A DNA stretch of 64,000 bases from Myxococcota bacterium (lineage in GTDB: Bacteria; Myxococcota_A; Bradymonadia; UBA7976; UBA1532). Under the pieces are notes generated by a model, which was not told the origin of the DNA, did not search any database, and saw only the letters and a program-made list of their open reading frames with translations. The DNA lies in the NCBI GenBank assembly GCA_023150895.1, contig JAKLJY010000035.1:1301-65300 (forward strand). The letters run 5' to 3'. Both the position numbers and the translations under genes were made by a program. Position 1 is the stretch's first letter, and each line of letters opens with the position of its first letter. This document shows, one piece after another, positions 15,104 through 24,717 of the stretch.

Positions 15104-17559
15104 TGGCGCCCCGGAAGTGGAACCTCGTGCCCCCCCGCCCTCGCACCGCCGGCGTTCTCTCCGCGATCGTGCTTCTCGTGCTTCTCGTGCTGACGGGCTG
15201 CCGGATCGAAACGGTCGGCGACGCGAGCGACGCCGGCCCCGCCGACGCCGCCACGACGTACGGCGGTGCTGGCATCGGCGCCGCCTGTGCCGATCCGGAG
15301 AGCCCGCCCTGCCGCCCCGGTCTCGCATGCACCGGGGGGCGCTGCAAACCCTCCGGCGCCCAGCGGGAAGGCGAGCCGTGCCTCACCGCCTTCGAGTGCA
15401 AGGAGGGCCTGACCTGCGGGTTCGGCGGCTTCTGCGTCCCGCAGGGCACCGGGGTGGCCGACTCGCCGTGCGTCAGCGCGTCGGATTGCCGTCGCGGGTA
15501 CGCCTGCGTGCCCGGCGCCGGCCTTCAGGGCATCTGTGCGGTGCCGGACACCACCGCGGGCGACATCGGCGCGCCATGCGTCGACCTGCTCGACTGTCGA
15601 GCCGGCCTGTCCTGCGCCCCGTCGTCCCTGCGCTGCGTCCCCGGCAGTCTGCTGCTTCACCCCGACGTCTTTCCCGGGGTCGCGTGCCCGGACGAGCGCG
15701 CCGCCCCATTCGGTGCGCGCAGCGTCATCCCCGCAAACGCACCGCCCGACGCCGACTTCCTGAGCACGCCCTTCCCCTCGGACCTGCGCCTGCGCGACGG
15801 GCGGCTCGATCTGGGCACCTTTCCCGTGCCGGGTCCGGGCCCGCTGGGCTTCGACGCGCTCGACGCCAGCCTGCGGGCGCTGGAGGCCGACGCCGACGGC
15901 GCCTCGCGCGCGCCGCTCGTTCAGTTCCGGTTCACGGCGGCGCTCGACGAGGGCTCGCTCGACGACCGGGTTCGCCTGGTTGCGGTCGACACCGGCGAGG
16001 TTCTGCCCGCGACGGTCACCGTGGACACCGCCGGGACGAAGTACCACTGCCCGCACCGCCTCCTCATCCGGCCGCGGCCCGAGATCCTGCTCGCGCCGGC
16101 CACGCGCTACGCCGTCCTGCTGCTGAAGGGCATCCGCTCCGCCGATGGCCGCGAGGCGAGCCCGCTGGACGACCTGCCCGCGTTGCTCGACGGCAGCGCC
16201 GCCCAGGCCCGGCCCGATGCCCGCCCTGTGGTCGAGGGCCTCGCCACCGTCCGGGCCACGACGGGCCTCGCCGCCCGTGAGATCGTGGGCGCCACGATCT
16301 TCACGACGCGCCGGGCGGCGGATCTGCTGGAAGCCGTCCGGACCGCCGTCCATGCGGCCCCGGCTCGCCTCTCCGGGGAGGCGTGGTCCTGCGGCAGCAA
16401 CGGGGCCTCGCCCTGTGAGACGGAGGCCGCGCCGGGACGGCTGTGCGGCTCGCCCGATCCCGCCTTTACGGAGTGGCACGTCCTCCTGGACCTGCCCGTC
16501 CTTCAGGGCGGGACGCGCCCGTACGTGAGCCCCGAGGCGGGCGGTGCCGTCGCCCGCGAGGGAGACCGCGTCGTCGTCGTCGACACGGAGCCGGTCTGCG
16601 CGGCGATTCTGGTCCCCAATGCACCGGCCCCACCGAGCGGTTGGCCGGTCCTCGTCTACGCCCACGGCACCGGCGGCGGCTATCGGGCGCACGTCGACGC
16701 GCTCGGCGACCTGGCGGCCGATCGCGTGGTCGTCGGGTACGACGGCCCGATGCACGGCCCGCGGCAGGGCCCGCCGCCCTGGAGTGATCCGGGCGCGCTC
16801 TTCTTCAACCTGCGCAACCCCGCCGCCGGCCAGGGCAATGCGGCACAGGGCGTCGCAGATCTCTTCGCGCTCGACCGTCTGCTCGACGCGGGCGCCCTCG
16901 TGCTCGGAACCGAGGTTTCGGTCCCGCTCGACCGGGCCCGGCGCGTGTTGTGGGGGCACTCCCAGGGCGGAAACGCCGCCGCCGTCGCCCTTGCCTACCC
17001 GGGGGGCTGGCGAGGCGGGGTGCTGACCGGGACGGGCGGCGGCTTCGCCGACGGCCTGCTCGACAAGCGCACGCCGACGGACGCCAGCGTGGCGCTGCGG
17101 GCCCTCTTGCAGTCCGCCGAGGTCGACCGCGAACACCCGGCGCTCGACCTCATCGGGCAGGTCTTCGAGCCCGTCGATCCGCTGTTCTTCGCGCGGGAGG
17201 CGGGCGCCCGTGTCCATCTGGCGCACGTCTGGGGCCGCACGGACACCTACACGCCCGACGCCGCCCAGCGGCGGTTCGCCCGTGCCACGGAGGGTTCGCT
17301 CGTCCTGCCCGATCCCCTCCCCGAGTGGTTCGACGACGGGGCCGATCTCGGCCTGCGGACCGCCCATCCCCCGGTCCGGGGCAATGTCGGCGACGGCGCG
17401 CGCACGGTCGTCGTGCTGCAGAGCATGCCCGAGCCGGACGGCGTCGATCCGACGACCGCGGAGGGGCACTTCGTGGCGTTCCGTCACACAGAGACCATGG
17501 CCCGGCTGCGGGCCTGGTTGACCGCCCTCGACACCGAGGACGTGCCCCGGTGGCCGTGA
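15100..17559 (+). CDS. lipoprotein with Cys-rich repeats, an Ig-like domain and an alpha/beta hydrolase domain
   Basis: Lipobox LTGC; four C-x5-6-C-x2-G-x2-C repeats; Ig-like P...LAPATRYAVLL; HGTGG oxyanion motif, nucleophile GHSQG, DTYTP, EGHF. Confidence 0.8.
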   Translation: MMAPRKWNLVPPRPRTAGVLSAIVLLVLLVLTGCRIETVGDASDAGPADAATTYGGAGIGAACADPESPPCRPGLACTGGRCKPSGAQREGEPCLTAFECKEGLTCGFGGFCVPQGTGVADSPCVSASDCRRGYACVPGAGLQGICAVPDTTAGDIGAPCVDLLDCRAGLSCAPSSLRCVPGSLLLHPDVFPGVACPDERAAPFGARSVIPANAPPDADFLSTPFPSDLRLRDGRLDLGTFPVPGPGPLGFDALDASLRALEADADGASRAPLVQFRFTAALDEGSLDDRVRLVAVDTGEVLPATVTVDTAGTKYHCPHRLLIRPRPEILLAPATRYAVLLLKGIRSADGREASPLDDLPALLDGSAAQARPDARPVVEGLATVRATTGLAAREIVGATIFTTRRAADLLEAVRTAVHAAPARLSGEAWSCGSNGASPCETEAAPGRLCGSPDPAFTEWHVLLDLPVLQGGTRPYVSPEAGGAVAREGDRVVVVDTEPVCAAILVPNAPAPPSGWPVLVYAHGTGGGYRAHVDALGDLAADRVVVGYDGPMHGPRQGPPPWSDPGALFFNLRNPAAGQGNAAQGVADLFALDRLLDAGALVLGTEVSVPLDRARRVLWGHSQGGNAAAVALAYPGGWRGGVLTGTGGGFADGLLDKRTPTDASVALRALLQSAEVDREHPALDLIGQVFEPVDPLFFAREAGARVHLAHVWGRTDTYTPDAAQRRFARATEGSLVLPDPLPEWFDDGADLGLRTAHPPVRGNVGDGARTVVVLQSMPEPDGVDPTTAEGHFVAFRHTETMARLRAWLTALDTEDVPRWP

Positions 17560-17589
17560 CCGGGCCCGCCCCGCCGCCGGGCGCGTGCG

Positions 17590-18540
17590 TCAGGGCTGCG
17601 CGGCGGCCGCCTCCCCGCCGCCCCCCTCGGGCAGGTGGATGAGGCGGACCTCGCGCCCGGTCAGGTAGGCATCGACCACGGCGGCCGCCCAGACGATGCC
17701 GCCGGCGATGAGGGCGTAGTTGACCCGGTCGTAGTGGGCATTGGCGTCGTGGCGACGGGAGACCGTGCCCGCCTCGTTCTGGTTGTATTCGTCCTCGGCG
17801 CCGGCCCCCAGGACGGCCGACGCGATGGCCGTGCCCGCCGCGCCGGCGAAGAGCGTCAGATAGGTCACGCCGCGCACCGTATCGCCGTTGTAAATCTGCC
17901 CCCAGCCCGGCACCGCGAGGGACCGCAGGGCCGCCCCGCCGGGCGACTTGATCTCGACGAGCTCTTCGCTGAGCGCGATCAGGCCCTCCCGCGTGACGCT
18001 CTGATCCGCAGCGGCCAGGATCTGCCCCGTTTCGGCGTCGACGAGACGGGCGGTCAGCAGGTAGCTCGGCCCGGCTTGGGCGACGCTGCCGACGACGACC
18101 TCGTTGGCGCCGAGGAGCTTGCCGACGCTGGCGGCGCCCTCGGGCGAAATCTCGCCCTGTTCGACCCGCTTGATCTCGCCCACCACGCCGTCGAGCTGGC
18201 TGCGCTCGACCTGGAGAATGCCCGGTCGGGCGGCCAGGCGGGCCGACAACAGCTCGGAGCTGATGCGGCCGAGCTCCTTCGAGCGCGCCTCGGCGTCGAG
18301 GGCGTCGAAGGGCAGCACGGCGAGGCGGCGAAAGCCCTTGCTGCGGGCCGTCAGCTTCTCGGCGAGCGCATCCGACAGCGCCTGAACGCCGGCTTGCACC
18401 GACCCCGGGGCGTCGGACGGGGGTTTCGGTTTCGCCGGTCCGGGGGCGGCCGGGGCAGCGTGCGCAGCCTGCGCGGCGGACGCGGCAAGCGCGGCGAGCC
18501 CCCACGAGAGCGCGGTCGAAACGGACGTCGGCATCTTCAT
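17590..18540 (-). CDS. secreted CsgG/TolB-N/FlgO-like protein with a DUF5683-like C-terminal membrane segment
   Basis: Signal peptide; LAVLPF, VERSQL, GKLLGA..VVVGSV, ARLVDAETG; KSP..AALRSL.VPGWGQIYNG; RBS GAGGAG. Confidence 0.8.
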   Translation of the reverse strand: MKMPTSVSTALSWGLAALAASAAQAAHAAPAAPGPAKPKPPSDAPGSVQAGVQALSDALAEKLTARSKGFRRLAVLPFDALDAEARSKELGRISSELLSARLAARPGILQVERSQLDGVVGEIKRVEQGEISPEGAASVGKLLGANEVVVGSVAQAGPSYLLTARLVDAETGQILAAADQSVTREGLIALSEELVEIKSPGGAALRSLAVPGWGQIYNGDTVRGVTYLTLFAGAAGTAIASAVLGAGAEDEYNQNEAGTVSRRHDANAHYDRVNYALIAGGIVWAAAVVDAYLTGREVRLIHLPEGGGGEAAAAQP

Positions 18541-18555
18541 GGCGGGGTCTCCTCT

Positions 18556-20358
18556 TCAGCGAGGGGCGGCGAACGGCGTCTCTGCGCCCGTCCCGGAGTG
18601 TTCGGCGTTCGGAAACAGGACCTTGACCAGATCGCGCGCCACGGACGGCAGATCCGACCACCCGGAGACGGAAAGCACGCGGGCACCCGCCTTGCTCAGG
18701 GCCGTCATCTCGGGCGCATCGGGGCGCGCGGCGAGCAAGAGCAGGAGCGCACCGGGACTCCGCGTGGCGGCGGCGAGGGCGGCGGTGACCGTGCGGCGGG
18801 CGGAGAGCCCCGGCGCGGCCACGTCCGGGTGCCGGTAGTTGGCGAGGAAGTCCCCGTCGCTGAGCACCACCCGGATGACCCCGGCCTCGGGTCGATGGCG
18901 TCCTGCACTTTCGAGCAGGACGTCCCAGGGAAAGCGCGTCCCGCCCCCGATGTAGGTCAGCAGCCCGGCATGCGCGAGCCGCTCGCTGGCGACGAACGTC
19001 GGCATCGCCTGGTGGACGTGCGAATAGGTCACGATCCGGCAGCGTCCCCCGGCTCGCAGGGCGGCCTCGACGAGCACGAACCCGGCCAGGATGCCCGGAT
19101 TGAAATGCGCAACGGGGTCCGGCATGGAGCCCGAGCAGTCGACGTACAGCTCGATCCAGGGCGTGACCTGATCACCCGGGCGCGGGTCGTCCGGCAGCCA
19201 CGTCCGGCGCTCCAGGTTCAGGCCCGGCACGGCGAGGCCGTGGCGCCCGAGGGTCGCGAGCCAGTCGATCTCTTCGAGGCGGTCGCCGAACGACCACGGC
19301 TCGGTCGGCCCCGGCGTCTCGTCCTCGCCCGGCCTCTGCGCCCGCGGCACCTCCACGTCGGCCTGCCGCGCCAGGCGTGTGTAGGTCGCGCGGGCCACCT
19401 CGACGGGCTCGACGATGCCCCGCAGGACGTCCTGCAGCGACCGCACCGGATCGCCGCCGCCCTGGCCCGGCTCGCCACCCGCGGCGGACGTCGACCCCGC
19501 ACCGCTCAGCCCGGCACCCGCGCCCGTCGTCCGCCAACGCCGCGCCGCCCGCTCCCCCGCATGGCGGTCGAGGACGCGACGACACTCCGCCGGCGTCAAC
19601 GGGCCATCCCCGAAACCCGCGTCCCCCTCGAGCGAGGCCCCGGCCCCGGGCGGCTCGGCCATCGCCGGCAGCAGCGGTCGCAGATCGAGCAGGAAGCGGG
19701 TGAGCTGGAGCGGACGCTCACCCTCGTGGTCGAACACGAACTCGAAACACGCCCGGGCGGCCCGTCGCCACCCCGGGCGCAATGCCTCGAGCGCCGCGTC
19801 GGACGTCGTCGGCACGAGTGTACCGGGGGCGAGATACCAGCCCTCCTCGTACAGCCCGAGGTACCAGGCGAAGAGCGGATCGGGCGGCGTCGCCGCCGTC
19901 AACGCGCGGTAGAGGGCCACGAACTGCGGCTCGTAGGGCGCCCGGAGCGACGTGTTGATGAGCAGATCGAAGAGGAGGTTCACGAGCACGTCGTAACGCC
20001 CGGCCGCCACCGCCGGAATCCGCCCGCCCTCCCCCCAGAGGCCGAAGAGGTCCGTGAGCTCCTCTCGCAGGAAGCGCACGAGGCGATACCCCTCGACCAG
20101 CGTGTTGGGGTACCGCGCGTGGTGCCCCACTTCGTGCGCGAGCAGCGCCTCGGCGCAGTCGGCGAGGCCGAGGGTGCGCAGCCGCGCGAAGTCGACCCAG
20201 GTCTGCCGCGTGCGCAGGTCGATGCAGGCCACCGCCCCCGCCTGTTTCTCGGTCGTCTGCCGAGGCGTCTTCAGCTCGATGGCCGCACTCCACTGCGCGC
20301 GGGCGCGTTGCCAGCGGGCGTCGAGGCCGTCGTCCGGCTCGGGCGTGTCGCCACTCAC
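18556..20358 (-). CDS. zincin-like (HExxH) domain + vWA domain protein
   Basis: LLAHEVGHH in the N-terminal half; MIDAS DCSGS...GGT...SDG in the C-terminal half; Gly-rich linker. Confidence 0.85.
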   Translation of the reverse strand: MSGDTPEPDDGLDARWQRARAQWSAAIELKTPRQTTEKQAGAVACIDLRTRQTWVDFARLRTLGLADCAEALLAHEVGHHARYPNTLVEGYRLVRFLREELTDLFGLWGEGGRIPAVAAGRYDVLVNLLFDLLINTSLRAPYEPQFVALYRALTAATPPDPLFAWYLGLYEEGWYLAPGTLVPTTSDAALEALRPGWRRAARACFEFVFDHEGERPLQLTRFLLDLRPLLPAMAEPPGAGASLEGDAGFGDGPLTPAECRRVLDRHAGERAARRWRTTGAGAGLSGAGSTSAAGGEPGQGGGDPVRSLQDVLRGIVEPVEVARATYTRLARQADVEVPRAQRPGEDETPGPTEPWSFGDRLEEIDWLATLGRHGLAVPGLNLERRTWLPDDPRPGDQVTPWIELYVDCSGSMPDPVAHFNPGILAGFVLVEAALRAGGRCRIVTYSHVHQAMPTFVASERLAHAGLLTYIGGGTRFPWDVLLESAGRHRPEAGVIRVVLSDGDFLANYRHPDVAAPGLSARRTVTAALAAATRSPGALLLLLAARPDAPEMTALSKAGARVLSVSGWSDLPSVARDLVKVLFPNAEHSGTGAETPFAAPR

Positions 20359-20362
20359 CGCA

Positions 20363-21331
20363 TCACCGAGTCAGCCGCAACAAGGTGACGTGCTGCGAGG
20401 CGGCGTCGATGAGCACGACGTCGCCGACGGCGCCCACGGCGATCGCGGCGGGTGCGACGGCCGGCACGTCGTCGAGGAGCACCCGCTCCGGCGCGTCGGT
20501 CGGGCCGCGCCGTGCGAGCCGCCGTCCGACGAGCTCGACCGTCGGGGCGCCCGCCCCCGGCGGCACCACCGCCCGCGCCGCCGGAAACGGGACATCGGCG
20601 TGCTCGATCGAGAGCACCGTCAGCCCGGCGGCATCGGCGAGCAGGCGGGCCACCCGCCCGGCGCCCGGATCGCCGACCGCGAAGGTTCGTCCGTCGAGAC
20701 ACACGGCGGCCGCAGGCAGAAACGCGGGATCGTGCGCGGCGAGGTCCACGGCGCCGATCACGACCGCGCGGCGCCACTCGGCCGGGGGAACGCTCTGCGG
20801 CGAAAGCAGCCCGGCCGCCGTGAGCGCGCGCTCGAGCCCGCGTCGCCAATCGGGCACGAGATCGCCGGGCACCTGCACCAGCGCCGCCATCAGGCGGTTG
20901 GCGGTGGCCCGCATCGGGCCCGAAAGCTGCTCGCCCAGGTTGAACAAGGCGGCCGCGCAGGGCAGCCGCTCGGCGACGGGCAGCCGCGGCAGAAGGGATG
21001 GGGCGAGCCGCAGCCACAGCAGCGGAAACCAGCGATCCGGATAGTCCGGGGTGTTCGTCCAGGCGTCCGTCGACACCCCGAACCGACGCGCCGAGACCGA
21101 CGCCAGCATCAGCGTCCAGACGGACCGACACAGCGCGTCCGCCGGCGATCCGGCGGCAACGAGCGCGCGGTGCAGGGGCTCGAGGCCGCGCTCGATGAGG
21201 TAGGTGACCACCTCGGGGCGGACCGCGCTGCTCTCCCGCGCCCGCCGCGCCCACTCGGCGCGCAGGTCTGCCACCAGGGCCTCCGAGGGCGGCGGCGCGG
21301 GCGCGGGCTCCGCAGGGCGGCGGCGGGGCAT
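20363..21331 (-). CDS. hypothetical protein (helical N-terminus, beta-rich C-terminus)
   Basis: TGATG-coupled to the ATPase and 4 nt from the vWA gene; protein-like sequence. Confidence 0.7.
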   Translation of the reverse strand: MPRRRPAEPAPAPPPSEALVADLRAEWARRARESSAVRPEVVTYLIERGLEPLHRALVAAGSPADALCRSVWTLMLASVSARRFGVSTDAWTNTPDYPDRWFPLLWLRLAPSLLPRLPVAERLPCAAALFNLGEQLSGPMRATANRLMAALVQVPGDLVPDWRRGLERALTAAGLLSPQSVPPAEWRRAVVIGAVDLAAHDPAFLPAAAVCLDGRTFAVGDPGAGRVARLLADAAGLTVLSIEHADVPFPAARAVVPPGAGAPTVELVGRRLARRGPTDAPERVLLDDVPAVAPAAIAVGAVGDVVLIDAASQHVTLLRLTR

Positions 21332-22911
21332 CAGGCGTCCTGCGCGCGGGCGAGCCAGCGCAGGTAGTTCTGGTACCGCATGAACACATACTTCAGCCGG
21401 ACGAGATCCTCGTAGACGGCCGCCGAGAGTTCCCCGCCCTTGCAGAGGTCACCGATCGCGGCCTCGACCTTGCGCATGCGCGCGGTGGCCTCGGGGGCGC
21501 CGACGCCCTCCAGCCCCGCCTCGAGCTCGGCGAGCAGCGTGGCCCCCGGATCCACGCTCGCGCGGTCCGTCCGGTCGAACTGGGCCATCGCGAGGTCCCA
21601 CATCTGCCGGATCCACGCGACCTTGTCCCGCAGAAGGGCCTGCCCCGCCGGCTCCTGGAAGAAGTCCCCCCGGCGGTTGGGCAGGAGCTTCTCGTGCAGG
21701 GTGAACGGCAAGATCTGTCGCAGGTCCTCGACGCCGACCTCCGCCGCCCCCCGAAAGAACGCCATCGCTTTCGCGAACGTCAGCGCCGTCAGATAACTGC
21801 GGACGGAAAGCCCCCCGGTCGTCTGGGCGCAGGCGTGTGCGTGCTTGTCCAAGGGGCAGTCCTCCGTGCAGACCTGATGCAACGGAATACCGGCCAGCTT
21901 GAGCGTGTCTTTCGACTTCGCCTCGAAATCGGGCGAGGCGCGCTGACAGAAGTCCAGGCTGCCGACGAAGTACTCGAGCCGGCGCAGCGCGCCCTGGTTC
22001 AGCGGGACGGCCCGGATCCGCGCGACGAGGGCCGCCTGCTCCTCTTCGCTGAACACGATGTCCGCCGGCACGGCGTCCGACGGATCCCGGTTCGTTTCGA
22101 CGCGCGCCAGCAGGCGGTCGAGGAATCGACTGTTGAACGGCATGGACCGGATCGTGACGTCGATGCGGTCCTTCAGCGCCTCGATGACCTGAAAGGTGCC
22201 GCCCCCCTGATCATCGTTGGCCGTCAGGAACCATGCCCCGTGCCGGGCATCGATCGTCTGCCCGAGCAGCTCGGCGTAGCCTTCGGACATCAGCGAGAGC
22301 AGCGCCGACTGCGTCCGCGTCGGAATGCGGTTGTACTCGTCGACGATCTTGACGCGCATCTTCAGCCAGTCGCGCCACTGAATGTCGATGTCGCTCTGCT
22401 TCTCGGCCCGGAGCAGGTCCGCCGGCAACGGATTGCCGAGCATGTCCGCGATGGTGAGCTGCGGGTGGCCGTGCAGCACGGCGCGCTCGATCTCCCGCTT
22501 CTCGTGACCGGCGAGCAGCGCCATGAGCACGGCGGTCGCCGTTTTGCCGCGGCCCGGCCCGCCCACGAGCAGCGCGCGCCGCCCGGTCGCGAACGTCAGA
22601 AGCGGCAGCAGCACGTAACTCGTGAACGCCGGCCCCTGAGGCAGATGGAAAACGTCTCCGTTGGGAAACGCGTAACGGCGCCCGGGGCCCTCCTCGAAGA
22701 CGACGTCGTAGTACGGCACGATGACCGCGTTGTTGACGATCCAGAAATAGGCTTGCCGCAGCTTGTCGGCGAGCCCCGGGCCATCGCGTCCCGAGAGGTG
22801 GAGCGTCAGGTCCTCCGCGACGTGGGCGCGGCCGGAAATGAGATCGAGGAAGGTCAGACCAGGCGGCACGGGGCCTCCATCCGGGGCAGGGGCCTTTGGG
22901 GTCGTCGTCAG
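21331..22911 (-). CDS. MoxR-class AAA+ ATPase with a Cys-rich insertion
   Basis: Walker A GGPGRGKT, Walker B IVDEYNR, sensor-1 TAN, Arg finger ALKDR, sensor-2 LSVR. Start is CTG 22911 (overlapping the upstream stop) or GTG 22869. Confidence 0.85.
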   Translation of the reverse strand: MTTTPKAPAPDGGPVPPGLTFLDLISGRAHVAEDLTLHLSGRDGPGLADKLRQAYFWIVNNAVIVPYYDVVFEEGPGRRYAFPNGDVFHLPQGPAFTSYVLLPLLTFATGRRALLVGGPGRGKTATAVLMALLAGHEKREIERAVLHGHPQLTIADMLGNPLPADLLRAEKQSDIDIQWRDWLKMRVKIVDEYNRIPTRTQSALLSLMSEGYAELLGQTIDARHGAWFLTANDDQGGGTFQVIEALKDRIDVTIRSMPFNSRFLDRLLARVETNRDPSDAVPADIVFSEEEQAALVARIRAVPLNQGALRRLEYFVGSLDFCQRASPDFEAKSKDTLKLAGIPLHQVCTEDCPLDKHAHACAQTTGGLSVRSYLTALTFAKAMAFFRGAAEVGVEDLRQILPFTLHEKLLPNRRGDFFQEPAGQALLRDKVAWIRQMWDLAMAQFDRTDRASVDPGATLLAELEAGLEGVGAPEATARMRKVEAAIGDLCKGGELSAAVYEDLVRLKYVFMRYQNYLRWLARAQDA

Positions 22912-23492
22912 CGACCGCCCGCCACGATCGCCGCGAGGGCCGACCGTTCCGCGGCGGTGAGCAGGTGCAGGGGTCGGTTCAGCAGGGCGCGCAGCGCGGC
23001 GGGCCATCGGGGAATGGGACCGGACGCCCCCGCATCCCGGGCCGCCTCGACGGCGGCCGCGAGTGCGTCGTAGGCCCGCATGGCCTCGCGCCGCGCCTCG
23101 ACGCGCGCGTCGTGTTGCGGCGGCAGGCGGGATCGGGCCGCCTCGGCCGAGGGCGCTCCGAGGACGGCGGCCGCGGACTCGGCGTCGGGCACGAAGAGGG
23201 CATCGTCCGGGGCAAGGGGGGCGACCCGGCAGACGTACCACCCCGGCGTCGGGTGGGGATCGGGATCGAAACGGTCGGCATCGAAGACCGCCAACGCGCC
23301 GAAATCGGCCGGTCCCGGCCAGTCCCAGAGGCGCTCGTCGGCCAGAAAGACGCGCGTCTCGCCCGCCCGGTGCAGCGTCGGCGGCGCTCCCTCGAGCACC
23401 CGCAGGAGGGCGAGCGGGCCGGGGAACCGGAGCAGGGTGCGGGGCGTCGCGGGCACGACGTCGAGCCTATGCCGACGCTGCACGAAACGCAC
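22908..23492 (-). CDS. hypothetical protein, first gene of the AAA-vWA operon
   Basis: C-terminal ~190 aa of ORF 22908..24419 look protein-like and fill the gap; its stop abuts the ATPase start. Start uncertain. Confidence 0.5.
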   Translation of the reverse strand: MRFVQRRHRLDVVPATPRTLLRFPGPLALLRVLEGAPPTLHRAGETRVFLADERLWDWPGPADFGALAVFDADRFDPDPHPTPGWYVCRVAPLAPDDALFVPDAESAAAVLGAPSAEAARSRLPPQHDARVEARREAMRAYDALAAAVEAARDAGASGPIPRWPAALRALLNRPLHLLTAAERSALAAIVAGGR

Positions 23493-23582
23493 GGGCTTCT
23501 CGGCGCGCGGGAATCGATCGACGCCGGAACGGGTTGGAGTCGGCCAGAGCCATTTCGACCCGAACGAACGAGACCCGAGACG

Positions 23583-24635
23583 ATGTCGACCCGATCCACC
23601 CCCGCCTGGGGCACCCGCGCCCCCGACCGCCCCCTCGAGCCCATGACCATCGAACGCCGCGAGCCCGGCCCGCGCGACGTGGCGATGGACATCCTGTTCT
23701 GCGGCATCTGCCACTCGGACATCCACCAGGCCCGCGACGAGTGGACGGGCGGCCTCTTCCCCATGGTGCCGGGCCACGAGATCATCGGGCGTGTGACGGC
23801 GGTCGGTGCCCTGGTCACGAAGTTCGCCGTGGGCGACCTCGTCGGGGTCGGCTGCATGGTCGACAGCTGCCACACCTGCGGTTCGTGCGGGGCGGGCGAC
23901 GAGCAGTTCTGCGAGAAGGGCGCGGCCCTGACCTACAACGGCACCGAGATGGACCGCGTCACCCGGACCTACGGGGGCTACTCGAGCCATGTCGTCGTCG
24001 ACGAGCGCTTCACGGTGCGGGTCCCCGACGGTCTCGACCCCGCCGCCGCGCCGCTCTTGTGTGCCGGCATCACCACGTACTCCCCCTTGCGGCTGAATGG
24101 CTGCGGACCCGGCACGCGGGTCGGCGTCGTCGGGCTCGGCGGTCTCGGACACATGGCGGTCAAGCTCGCGCGGTCCCTCGGGGCCGAGGTCACCGTCCTG
24201 AGCACCTCCGCGGGCAAAGAGAAGGACGCGCGCGCCCTCGGCGCTTCCCGCTTCCTCGTCACGACGGCCGAGGGTGTGTTCGAGGGGAACGCGGGCACGC
24301 TCGACCTCATCATCGACACCGTCTCGGCGCCGCACGACTACAACGCGTACCTGGGCCTCCTCCGAGCCCGCGGGACGATGGTCCTCGTCGGTGCCCCGCC
24401 CGAGGCCGTCCCCGTGCACCCGTTCTCACTCATCATGGGCAGCAAGCGCCTCGTCGGCTCGGTCATCGGCGGCATCGCCGAGACCCAGGAGATGCTCGAT
24501 CACTGCGCGCGGCACGGCATCGTCTCCGAGATCGAGACCATCGCCATCGATCAGGTCAACGCCGCCTACGAGCGCGTGCTGAAGAGCGACGTCCGGTACC
24601 GGTTCGTCATCGACCTCGCAACCCTGCGGGCCTGA
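23583..24635 (+). CDS. NAD(P)-dependent zinc alcohol dehydrogenase (cinnamyl ADH/YahK-like)
   Basis: CGICHSD, PGHE, structural Zn C..C..C.......C, APLLCAG, GLGGLG, YRFVID. Confidence 0.95.
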   Translation: MSTRSTPAWGTRAPDRPLEPMTIERREPGPRDVAMDILFCGICHSDIHQARDEWTGGLFPMVPGHEIIGRVTAVGALVTKFAVGDLVGVGCMVDSCHTCGSCGAGDEQFCEKGAALTYNGTEMDRVTRTYGGYSSHVVVDERFTVRVPDGLDPAAAPLLCAGITTYSPLRLNGCGPGTRVGVVGLGGLGHMAVKLARSLGAEVTVLSTSAGKEKDARALGASRFLVTTAEGVFEGNAGTLDLIIDTVSAPHDYNAYLGLLRARGTMVLVGAPPEAVPVHPFSLIMGSKRLVGSVIGGIAETQEMLDHCARHGIVSEIETIAIDQVNAAYERVLKSDVRYRFVIDLATLRA

Positions 24636-24717
24636 ACGCGCGTGCGTCGAAAGACCGCCGTCGCCCCTTTGTCTCGTCCCCCTCGCGCGGACACGTCCGA
24701 CGCGGCATGATGCGCCC

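Noticed and set aside
14191-17487. 1098-aa minus-strand ORF
   Set aside because: Antisense to two lipoprotein genes with clear motifs; Arg/Gly-rich and motif-free.
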